Shown: positions 25,701 to 37,669 of the stretch, one piece after another
Numbering within the stretch: the stretch's first letter is position 1
Layout: each line of letters opens with the position of its first letter
Assembly: GCF_000181795.1 (NCBI RefSeq)
Contig: NW_003526944.1
Location: 4,195,754 to 4,259,753 of the forward strand
Direction: 5' to 3'
Length of the DNA stretch: 64,000 nt
Source: Trichinella spiralis
Lineage: Eukaryota
Translations under genes and position numbers: made by a program
Notes under the pieces: generated by a model
What the model saw: only the letters and a program-made list of their open reading frames with translations
Databases searched by the model: none
Told to the model about the DNA's origin: nothing

Positions 25701-28700
25701 ATCATTGTCTAAGCAATCTTTGCCTGCATGCCCGCAACTGGGCAATGTATCTTGCCATTGAGACGGCCCAAAAATAGCTGAAAGCATGCAATTTTGAACT
25801 TCCTCTTAAAATGCCTAATTATCAACTCCACCCATGCCTAATATATTCTACGACGACGACAATTCTATTCTACTAATATTGTACAACTATTTTTCACCTA
25901 CAAAATATCTCCTACTTTACACCCGTCTGTCAGTCAGTCAGTTTGTCTGTCTGTCTGTCTGTCTGTCTAGGCAATAATTTATTGTAATTTTTTTTTGTTT
26001 CATTTGCCCAAATTAGTAATTTTAAAACAAGTAACCGAAACACGAAATTATTCAACAATGTTCAACAGGTATTATTTCATATATTGAAAAGAAGTAATAA
26101 AAATTGATTAATTGTTAATAATCATGTCAAAACTGATTATCAATTTACAACGACTAGATCTGATTATATGATCATCTACTTTAAAAACTCCAAAATTTCA
26201 ATCGGATTACACATGAAAAAAAACACCTCATATATATAATTTTTACGTTGATGAAATTTGCACAACTTATATGTATGGATGTTTTTGTGAAAGAAAACAA
26301 TCACCTCAACATGTTGTATGAATGTTAAATTTTGCCAAATTGTGTACATTGCATAAAGTTTTTTTTATGGAGAATGTAAAATTGAGAATTAATAAAAAAA
26401 ATTTGCTTACTCAATTTTTGTCGAGATGCAACATGTAGATGTACGGATAGAAGAGTATAATAATGATGATGATGATGATGATGGCACTGAGAGTGAATTG
26501 GAGAAAGATGAGATGCAAGTTTACGATCGGTATTCGACCTCCGTGGCACCACAGGCGGGCGTGCAGGGCTTCTTGACACCCAATTGCAACCGGCAACCAG
26601 TCCTGTCACAAAGAACGATCAGACGATTTAGCCTACAAAAAGGCCGTCAATTTACGCGCTTAATTTATGGTCTATGCTCTCATCGGCTAGCAAATGAATA
26701 GAGAAGGAATTTTTGAATTTATGGAAAATTTAGAAAATAAACAAATAAACAAAAAGAAACTGCCAAGCTGGGAGGAGATATTTTCCCACGATCATTTTAT
26801 CCACTGCACAGACGTTTCATAGAGTCGTCGTCTGCTTGTGTGAATCTTCTTCTTCTTCTTCGAGATGTTCATTTTTTTTGCTACCTTGCAATTCATTCAG
26901 GATACATACAACCCACGCGTCTGACTGAGATCTTGCTGACTAATGACCACCACTGCCCATAGGATATTTAAACATCCGGAAATGTAAAAAGCCGACAGAT
27001 TATTTATTCTGAAGATTCTTCTTAAAGAGACAGAGACAGAGACAGAGGGGAAAAAAGGGAAAAAAGGAAAGCAGAAATCAATAGTGCTGCAACTGCGACG
27101 TTTACAGCGTCACATTGGCAAGAGCAAAGGCAAAAAAAATTAAAATAACATGAACAGTTAATTGTCCATCTAATGAAACCGTTGAACGCGTGTTGAATAT
27201 CAACTTGATTCCAAAAGTCACAGAGAAAGAAAGAGAGAGAAAAAAAACCCCAAACCATATACAAAATAAAGTCTCCAAAGGGAAAAATTATTGAAGAAAA
27301 GAAAAAAACAATGTGAAAATGCATTTATTTATTTATTTATTTATTGTTTTTTTCAATCATTGAAAAATGATTTATATATAAATTTTCATAAAATGATTCA
27401 ATATATGAAAAAATTTGCTGTTTTTCCTTTTGTCTTTGAATGTGAATTGAATATTATTTTCGTTAAAAATTTTCCAATGACAATTCATTATGTGAAAAAA
27501 TTTTCATTTTGACCGTGATTGGAATCGGATAAATATATACGTGTCGTAGGAAAAAAAAAGAAAATAGCAACGATCGTTGAAATTAGAAAAAAAAATCATA
27601 ATTAACCGGCAGAAATTAAGTTCAATTTTCTGTGAATTAAAGTGAAAATGAAGGAAAAAATAAAAGATAATTTGTGAATTATTGGACAAAGAGAAAAATT
27701 GTTGCTTCTTGTAGAAAAAAAAGATCTCTCAGTTGAGATGAAAGAAAAAAAATTAATAATAAAATTACAAACCATTCAATTGAATTTTTTGTGTTTGATA
27801 TTTTTTCTTGACTAACAATATAAAAGTGCAAAGAACAAAAAAAGAAAACTACATCCGAGACACACAGTTCATCCGTTGTTGAGTGGAAATTATTATTTAA
27901 AAAGACATACCGGGCACGCAAAAGTATATTGATAAACGATGTTCGTCTCGTTCGAGGTAAACTTCTTCCATTCTTCAAAAAAGGAAACGCAAATTTTGAA
28001 CATTTTTCATTGTTCAGAAAAAAAACAGTTTTTGCAATTAATCTTTCCCAACAACAATTGTACAGTAAGAAATGGTGAGCCCAGCGTGAGCGAAAAGAGA
28101 AAATCAAAACAAATCCCTCGAAAAAGAAAAAGTGAGGACAAATTTGAAAACATTACGGTAGATTGACTGACTGTGGTAAAATTTGAAAAAACAAAAAAAT
28201 TTTTTTTTCATTTTGCTTCGTTTTGTTTTTGAAAATAAATATTATCAAAAATTATGATTAATTAATTTTTGAAAATTTTTTTTTTGAAATTCTATAAAAT
28301 AAGAAGAATCCAACTCGTTTGAAAGGACCGGCTCGGTTTGGGGAAGTGTTAAATCACTGACTATTTGCATCAAATCGGAACAATTCACTTTTTGTACAAT
28401 AAATTAACAGTGCAGTGGCGTGGCCTCGACAAACAGGCGCGTTCCATTTCTTGTGACAAAAATTAACAGCACCATCTTCTTCTTTGGTAAAATATATACC
28501 ACCCTATCTATGCATAAGCTGGAAAAAATGGGCAAAATGGCATCAATGTCTCCACCACCCTCGAGTCTTTTAAAAAAAAGTAAATATTTAAATTTTCAAT
28601 CATTTTCCACCACACCTAGTTGAGGAAATTTTGCAAACAATTACAACATCGAGGAACACTATCATATCAACGACACGCAGATATATTCCTTGGACAAAAA

Positions 28701-31700
28701 GTTTATTTCAATTTAAAAAAATTATTAAAATTTTCATAATAATTTTCTAACATTTCAACATTTTGAAACAAGTCAGTCTGGTTTTGAAATGTACATTTTG
28801 TACAACATAAATACAGTAATAAAATTCAGCATTAAAAGTCAGCAGAAGAAGAATAACAACTTGAATCGGAATAAATAAAAACAAATAAAAAAATATAATA
28901 AATATGTAAATGGTTTTGTTAATTTTTTGAAGAAATTTATAAAAAACAAAAAATTGGTTCACCGTGATCACATCGATTGGAATGATTGGAAAATTTCAAC
29001 ACAAAAAAAGCAACAACTAAGTTTACCTGAAGTATGACGATAAAATTCCAGTTTACACTTTGGAAATAATTTGTTTAAAAAAGTAAATAAATAAATAAAC
29101 ATTGCCGATTTTTCGTTCAGTTAATCTGCTCATGCGCGAGATCGAAGTTTTGTTTCGACAATGGAATGGAAAAATTTTAAATTTTAATGTACAGAAATTT
29201 TCGAACTTTGAAACATAGACGTTTGAAAACTACACCATCTTTTTTTTTCAAAGTTAATCTTAATTATAAAAATTTCAAAGGTTAATCACCTTTAAATCAT
29301 GAAAAAATGCAGGTCTGCTTTTTCTTTTTTGGATCAAAATTTGAAAAATGTTGGAAGAAGCATTTGATAAATTTAAATACACAAAAGTGAAAAAAAATAT
29401 TTGAAAAATTGTCGACGTTTGAAATGTTGCAAAAATTCACCCACTGAATTTGCATTATTTTCGCAGAAAAATATTTCTTTCACGTTCCGCCGTCCCTCTA
29501 CCTAGCAAGTGATGAACAGATTTTTGCAAAAAGAAAAACACTACAACAGAAGTGATTGTTTCAAAATATGGCATACTGTAAACTGAGGATAATTTGCATT
29601 CGTTTGAACTTTGAAATTATTTTTATTACCAAAAGAACTACAAATAAAGGAGAATTTTCTTGTCAGACAAATTACTCATTTTAATGCCTACTTCAAAATA
29701 TCGATTCAATTCAAATTGATAAAGTATGTCTTCTTTCAATATGCTTATCACTGCATGTAGAATTCAATTTCACAATTTCATTTTGTTAAAATCATATATT
29801 AATACGGACAAAAAAAAACATCATTATTGCATCTCTCTGTCTTCGGCAACAACAACGACGCTTAATCAAGGTAAAAATTTACAAATGAAATCTGACCAAT
29901 TTTGTTTTTCTTTACAATTCACCATGAACAGCGCACAGAAAATATTTTATTAATATTAATTTATTATCACAAGCCTCCACCTGAAGTCATTCGATTTCAA
30001 TAATAAATTCGTTTATGAAAAAAAAATTTGAAATGGTTAGTAAAGTAATTTTTCGATCGATGGGAAGTGAAACAAATTTAAATTTAAATTCAAATGAAAA
30101 CGTATCAACTGTAAGAAATAATATTGAAAATTCCGACTGCATTTATTGGAAAAAAGCGCTACAGTAATGTTAAAAGTATGTTTCTTTTCTGTTCTGTTTA
30201 TTTATTTATGTATTTATTTATTAAATTTCAAACTTTAGACGCTTCGGTCGCTTTTATCTAGAGCTGATCGATTAAAAGCCGATCAACAGCAAGTGAATTT
30301 TATTACAATGCAGTCAAAAAAGAGCAATCGCTTGCTTCTATATCGAATTGATAAAGCGAATTCATTTACAATTTGCTCATTCAAATCCAACAGGTTTGCA
30401 TCTTTTGCGTGTTAAAAATTACGCAAATGTTCAAGTGGCAATTTTTCTCACACACACGCACACACGCGTACGAATGCATGTACAAAAAAAAGACATGCAC
30501 ACAAAGCATAATTAATCTTCTTATATTCAAAATTTAAACACTTCTCAAATGCTAAACAAAACATATCAAAGAGAAAAAATGAAATTATTTTTTTTATTTA
30601 ATAATTATAAAATGAAACTGATACGAGTGGGTGTGATTTTTTTTGAGGGGAAAAGGCTTTTCGCTCGTTGGAAAGCAAAAATCAAAGAATCAATTCAAAC
30701 GCATCCTACTGCACATGCAAAATGTGGAAAAAGAGTCGAACTCGAAAAAAAATTAAAATATATTTTAAAAAGCAACAAAATTAATGGCAAACTCCAACGT
30801 GCGATGTCGCTTACAGTCGATTGCCTGTCTGTCGGCTTAAATGTAAATCCAATAAAGCTGCTGCTGAACAAAAATGGAGACAAATTATTCATTTTACATT
30901 TTTACAATAAGCATCAATTTAATTTAATGCGGTTTTGGTGAAAAAATTTTTCACAAATTTTCATCATATTTTTCAAATAAACAAATTCAGCTTACCAACT
31001 ACACAGAATACAAAAATTATCAATGGAAAATTATTTTTAAAATATCCGTACAAAAATAGCTCATCAATCAGTGCAGTTGATGCGGTGATGTGGAAACGCT
31101 CGACGCGATGGAAGACAGTCAAAAATGAAATTGAAAAAAAACCGCAGCATCGAATTCATCGATTCAACTGACAACTAGAAATGTGGAAAAATATTTCATA
31201 TTATAAAAAGTAAATTTTCTCTTTAATATTTTCTTCAGAAAAAAATATATATTTGTAAAAATTAAAAAAAAATTTCACCAAACGAGGCAACAAATTTTCC
31301 TTTTTTCATAACAATGTCACACGTTCTAGACGGTGAAGAAATTTACATATTTCACAAACGTTTCTTTGTTATTTATAATCGATTCCAAAATTCGCTTTGA
31401 TTTATTTATTTTTCAATACAGCAGAACATGACGTTGTAGATGATTTTTTGTTTTTTGAAAAATTTCCATACTCCATACATAAATTAACAACATCATACAG
31501 TATGCCCACATTTCCGAAGAAGGACAGTGAAAGATTAGATGTATAGAAAAAAAAACGAGAAAGACGGGGAAAAAGTGAGTTACGTCGAAGAGGATGACGT
31601 CATGTCTGGCGCGTGAGCGCGCGCCTCCGGCGCCGGCGCCGGCGCTTGGGCGCCGACAAAATGCGAAAAATGGTGAATAAGGGATGGAGGGAGGGGAATT

Positions 31701-33126
31701 TTTAGTCTGAGAAAAGAAATTCAACGAGAAAATGAGGAAAAATGTGGCAGATGAGAAAATAATGGTGAAAAATCACTTCGGTTTCGTATTATGAAGCTGA
31801 ACGGATTAGACCGGCCGGCGCTGGTCGATTATCCACGACGATTTATCTCACCAATATTGGCTGTGTTGAAATTGATCAATTTGACGAGAGTTGACTGATT
31901 TCATTTTTCACCACCACCACAAGCTGATATAACAACGATTCCATCAAAAATAAAAACCCCACCCCACCCCACTCATCCGACTTTCTCATCTTCATACCCA
32001 CTTGCGTTCCGCAAGTTGAGAATTCGGTTTTTGTTGTTTTCATAAAATTTACATTTTAAAATAATAAACTGGTCGATACGAACAACCAAACTGAACAAAA
32101 CGTGCTACAAGTTGTCGATAAGTTAATGCAATTAAATGATATCGAATTGAAAGCATCATTTGCTAAATTCTTAATTATCTTCAAGTCTAGACGTCAAATG
32201 AAATCAAATACGAATCACACGCACACACAAATAAAAGGTAAAGAAAAAAAAATAAATTTCATGCAACGGGCAATTTGCATTGTTCGCATGGAGCGAAATT
32301 ATTGATAAACTCAACGACAGCGCATTTCCTACATAAAACTGACAAAAATGGTAACATTGAATTTCCACCAAATAAAATTGTCAAAAATACACCTAACCGT
32401 CACGAAATACTGTAGCTTCGCGCCAAATAACTTCTATTTTTAAATCTTCTGATTGTGTATTTTATTTATTTATTTTTGACAATCATGGTCCAGTAAAGTA
32501 AAGGAATAAATTCAACAATACTAAGAATGGGATTTTCTGATTCGAATTATCAACTGATCTATCTGTTGGACAGTTTGTATTCAATTTCAGACAACTGTCC
32601 GAGTAAGATTCCATCTCATCCCAGAAAATATACATCTTTCCACAATGATCAATCAAAATAAAATATATTGCTCCATTTTTTACATTCTTGAACATCGATT
32701 AATGATCGAAATGCAAAAAAAATATTCGAAGAATGGCAAAATCAAAATTTTCGCAAAAAAATTCAATAAAACAAAACAACTTCAGTTTTACAATGCAATC
32801 GACATGATAGAATAATTATTGACTTTCACTTACCAGAAATGAGAAGCATAAAATGCAAATAACTCGTGCTGGGATTTTGATATTAGTCTTTTTGATTCGT
32901 TCGCTTTGACGTACGTCTGAAAAATGCCGCAACGAAAAAAAAATCCAACTGATACTAAAGCAACATGTTGAATTTTGAAAAAAGTTTAACTGAATTTCCT
33001 TTGAATTATTTTTTCTTCGATAATCATCATCTCTAGCTAATTATTAAAAATATGATGTTGTTAAAAAAATTGTGTTACACTTTAGAATTTTTTGAAATAT
33101 AAGAAACTGATGAAAGGAGAACGAGA

Positions 33127-33164
33127 AAGTGAGTGAGTGAGTGAGTGAGTGAGTGATTGAGTGA
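33127..33164. repeat. (AGTG)n microsatellite
   Basis: Tandem gagt units seen directly. Confidence 0.85.
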
Positions 33165-34481
33165 GAAAAAAGCAAAATTCTTTGTCTAGCCTTAACTGAC
33201 ATTCATCAATTAAATTAAATTTCAGAACCTAAAAAATGAAGAATCAATATTTCGTAATGCAACGTTATTTGATCTTGAAAAATTGGATTTTCAGTCTAAA
33301 TAAATTCACTTCTTATGCATGAGTGACAAATATGCTTTCCATTAACATCACACAAAGATGGAATACCTAAAAGGATGAATGAAACTTGCTTACTAATGAA
33401 CTAATTCATCTTTTTTTTTAATTTATGGTTCAATCTTTTGTACTGGTTAATTGCTTTTATTTCCTAAACAATCAAATTACGTTCTTCATTATTGTTTATT
33501 TTATTTTTTATTTCTACGGTTGTCATCATTCTCATAATTTTACAACATAATCAGTGATTTCAATGGATTAACGAAAAAAAATTCACACATAGAATATGAA
33601 ATTTAAAACAGTGAAATTTTCCATAGTTAACTGCCCTCTAAGAAAAGATTAATTGCACACATTTTAGTGGTATCGAATGAAATTTGAATTTTTAACTATT
33701 GATTCAACAAAACTACTTTTTGTATTATTATTGCAGTCAAATTGACGGCATGTTTTGTGGCAATACACATTCATTTTGAATACATATCAACTGAATTAAC
33801 TTGAAAGACATGTTGAAACTATCTTCAACGTAATTTGTAACACTTGGTTGATGAATTTCAAAATATACTTTTTTGTAATAACATTTCACATTTTTTATAA
33901 ACAAAATAAAATAAACAATAATAATAAACAAATAAAAATACAGAACAATTCAAAATTATAAAAATATAAAATACATTGAACAAAGTATTAATTACAGGTA
34001 ATTAACAGAGCAAAGATAAACATGCTTTTGTCAAATAAATCAAAGAATAGTATAACTAAACAAACAAACAGCTAATTTTCTTTTTTATAAAATTTAGTGA
34101 AAATTTGCAGTCATTATTTAATGCACTATTTATTATTATTTTTCAACCTCATGCACTGCATTACTTGCACCATGTCATGAAATTTCAAAATACGGCAATT
34201 ACAAATAATGCCTACTTTTCAGTATTACTATCTAAATGTAGACTATCTTACAACTGTAAATTATATCAAACTGTAACATTCAAAGAATGATTCATTAGAT
34301 TTTGTAATATTAAAATTCAAAAAATTTTTTAAATATTTGAAATTAAAAAATTTTGCAAATAAAATTAATACTTGCTTTTTAATTTAATTATGGTAATTGA
34401 TGTTATTAATCATCATAATTGTATTGGAATAGTATTGTAAATTACTTTTTGTTTAACAGTTGAGGGATAAAAGCTGTGCTA

Positions 34482-35640
34482 ATGTCTGTTTCTGGAATGT
34501 CATCTTTGCTGGTGCGGTTATCGCCAAAGTATGCGCGAATGATCAGCAACAGTGCTTTTTTGAAAGGTGCTACTTACATTCCGGATAAAGTTCTCCAAGA
34601 AATGCCTGCTGGTTTCAAAGAAAATCCTGAACGAGATGTTGTGAATTTTCCCCATCCAGTAAGGCTTATGTATCCGCCGAAGACCAGACTCGGATTTATT
34701 CCAGATTCTTGGTTCAATGCACTGTATGACATTACTGGAGTTACTGGTGAGTTTTCATTTCATTTTTATGTAAAAGTGGGGCGTGTTTGCATTCATTATG
34801 ATTTATTTGTTTTTATATTTATTACGTCTATTTTTAGGGCCATACTTTCTTACTGGTGGTCTTGTATTGTTCATTCTACAAAAAGAATTGTTGGGTGCAT
34901 CGCATGAAATGGTCGTTTTATTTGTTAGAATTGCATTTTTTGTATTTGTTGGTCGAAAATTTGGTTCACTGGTAATTTTTCATAATTTGTCCAAGTATTT
35001 TAATTAAGTAAACAAATAAGTGTAAAAATTTTAGGTAGCTCGATGGGCAGAAGCTGGTCTTGTCGAAGAAGAAGAAAAAGAACAACAGTTTCTCAAAAAT
35101 CGTTTACAAACTCTAAATTCTTCAGTGGCGGTAATTTTTATTTTATAACATTTTGATTGATTTATTGTTTTTTTGACAGTTGTGAGCAGATCATTATCTT
35201 TGGTAGTTTTTAATTTATAGGAATGCACTAAAAAAATTGAAAGTTATAAAGCTTTGGTGCCTATGATATACGAAGCCAAAAGAGAAAACATTGCTTTGCA
35301 AATTGAAGCTGATTATCGTCAGCGTCTGGCAGTGGCGCATAGAAATGTAATTTAATATTTGTTTATACAGAAAAATATATGCTGTTATGTTGAAGGTGAA
35401 ACAACGTTTGGATTATATGGCCGAATCGGCTGCATTGAAGCGTAAATACCAGCGAAAAAACATGCTCGATTGGGTTGTGAATGAGGTGCGAATTTTTTTT
35501 CTTATTTTAATTTTTCTCACTTTTAAATAATTTTTTTACAGGTTAAGAAAAGTATTACTGCTCAACAAGAGAAGGCAATGATGACGCAGTGCATTGACCG
35601 GCTGAAAGAATTATCACAGCGAAAAAATTTAGTATTCTGA
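34482..35640 (+). CDS. ATP5PB: Mitochondrial ATP synthase F0 subunit b (asb-1/asb-2, ATP5PB family)
   Basis: Exons 34482-34746, 34838-34971, 35035-35130, 35221-35346, 35396-35485 and 35542-35640. Motifs PERDVVNFP, RLGFIPDSWF, TGVTGPY, AKRENIALQIEADYRQRL, VKQRLDY and WVVNEVKKSIT. AATAAA at 35734. Confidence 0.93.
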
Positions 35641-36142
35641 AAAATCCAAGTGATAATTCTATCGACAAGAGCTTTTTAGATTATTTTCTTTGAAAATTTA
35701 GTAAAAAAAGAGAAATTTTGCTTTTACAAACCCAATAAAACAGTACGATTTGGTTAATTATAATAAATTTGTAAAATAGCAATTTAAATTTTATGATGCA
35801 GAACCAGTGTTCAATAATTATATTATGCGATAAATTAAATATTAAAAATGAACCGTACATTGCTGAATTGGATATTATTTATTTACCATCGTGTATTTTG
35901 TTCTGTCATTTATCGTAATACATTTTGTGTTGAACCTGCGCATCATTAACACTGTAATCGATTGCATCGTACTGGTTGCCATTGTGCGTGCGTGTGTGCA
36001 TGAGTGAAGTGAACTTTTCGCTTTGGTACGTCTATTGTATTTTCGACTCGTTTATTGAACCTTCAGTGATTGAGTGTTGAATTTCGAATTGGCAGTGTAT
36101 TTTCCGGTCGATCATTGGGCTGTTCATTGATCAGTTGGTGTG

Positions 36143-37669
36143 ATGTTGAATTTCCGCAAGCTTCTTTGCAAGCCCCAAGTGGACGATTGGTCGCCGTTGG
36201 CGAAGTTCTTTTTCGCCGACGAAGCTTTGAACAGTGTGGCACATGAGTTGGATTCGTTCGACAATCGTCGTTTTCCCGACCGTTGCCAGCAGTTGGTGTG
36301 CAAATTGCGCGGCTGCCAGGATCGTCTGCTTCGCATTGTCGAAGAGATGCTGTGCGAGCTGTTTCCAGAAGAGCACATGCGAGCGCCTCGTGATTATCGT
36401 GTGAAATTTCCCGATGACGTGCTGCACGACAGTTTTCCCGGTCAGTTGTGGTTCGCCGCCGAATGTCTAGCCGCCGGTTCGAGCATTGTGGACCGGGATT
36501 TCGAAAGCGACGCCATTCGACCGTTGGCCAAGGCGCTTTCCAGGCACATTGACGATATGCGGGAAATTTTGAAATCGCAAAGTTTGAAAAATCCGGCCGT
36601 CTATCCGGAAAAGGTGAGACGGTCGTTGCACGTTTTTGACCATTTGTTTGCCGAATTTGAATTGAACTACGTGTCGACCATGGTACCGGTGAAGTCGGCC
36701 CGTGAATACGAACTACAGTTGGAATTGGTGGTGCTGTTTTCGGAAACCCTGCTCAGGGCCAAAGCTCGTGGCTACATCACCGACGAGCAGATTGAAACTT
36801 GCGATCCGACGATCATGTTTTCCCTTCCCAGACTGGCAATTGTTTGCGGTTTGGCAATTTATCCGGACGGTCCGTTGGATTTGAACAGGGCGGTGGAGTC
36901 GACGTGCGAAATGTTGCAGCCGTTCAGGGCGTTGTTCAAGAAAATTCGTCTTCTTTTGAATGGATTGAACGAAGACGAATTGTCCACGTTGGAAATAAAA
37001 TTGAGCAGCTCTTCTGGTGGGGATGAATTGAATGATGATGATGACGATGACGACGACGATGTGGAATTGTATTCGGATTTTATTCGAAAAAGGAAAGATT
37101 GCAAAGAAGACCCTGACCAGCGCTGTGGTCCATCTGCTCCGGAGAATGTGGCAACGACTTCAAACAGTGAAGCCGTCGTAGCCAAGACGACCGACTGGCG
37201 TCGAGCTTATCGCTCGCCCAAAGATATTATCCATCGTTTGTTCGTTTGTATTGCCGGTATTGCCGACCAATGGCAGAGCACTTATCCGTCGGATTTGCGT
37301 ACCGTATTGAAAATGGTCTTCCATCCCGAAGAAGAAGAAGAAGAGAACAGTTCAATATACGAAGAAGTGGGCAGGGTGGCGACGACAGGCGGAAATGAAG
37401 AAGAGACGGGCGTGGACGTGGCGGCCGAACCGAAATTCGGCGTCCCTTGGGTTCCGGACGAAGAATGCGACGGATGCAGTATGTGCGAGATGAAATTTTC
37501 CTTCATCCGTCGACGACATCATTGTCGTTGTTGTGGGAAAATATTCTGCGGCCGTTGCACGTCCAACACGCTTCCACTTCCCGCTTTGGGTTACGCGAAA
37601 GCTGTGCGCGTATGCGATCGTTGTTTCGACCAGCAGCTGGCCTGCGTCGACGATTCCTTGTCAGCTTGA
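36143..37669 (+). CDS. lst-2: Lateral signaling target protein 2 (LST-2/ZFYVE28), FYVE-finger protein, single coding exon
   Basis: Uninterrupted ORF with ATG at 36143. N-terminal LST2 motifs (DDWSPLAKFFFAD, ELDSFD, GQLWFAAECLAAGSSI, FDHLFAEFELNYVSTMVPVKS, HRLFVCIAGIADQ). C-terminal FYVE finger has the WxxD, RRHHCR and RVC signatures. Confidence 0.95.
   Translation: MLNFRKLLCKPQVDDWSPLAKFFFADEALNSVAHELDSFDNRRFPDRCQQLVCKLRGCQDRLLRIVEEMLCELFPEEHMRAPRDYRVKFPDDVLHDSFPGQLWFAAECLAAGSSIVDRDFESDAIRPLAKALSRHIDDMREILKSQSLKNPAVYPEKVRRSLHVFDHLFAEFELNYVSTMVPVKSAREYELQLELVVLFSETLLRAKARGYITDEQIETCDPTIMFSLPRLAIVCGLAIYPDGPLDLNRAVESTCEMLQPFRALFKKIRLLLNGLNEDELSTLEIKLSSSSGGDELNDDDDDDDDDVELYSDFIRKRKDCKEDPDQRCGPSAPENVATTSNSEAVVAKTTDWRRAYRSPKDIIHRLFVCIAGIADQWQSTYPSDLRTVLKMVFHPEEEEEENSSIYEEVGRVATTGGNEEETGVDVAAEPKFGVPWVPDEECDGCSMCEMKFSFIRRRHHCRCCGKIFCGRCTSNTLPLPALGYAKAVRVCDRCFDQQLACVDDSLSA

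Noticed and set aside
26426..26701. 91-aa ORF with an acidic run (DDDDDDGTESELEKDE)
   Set aside because: The acidic run comes from a (GAT)n microsatellite; I saw no convincing splice sites or homology.
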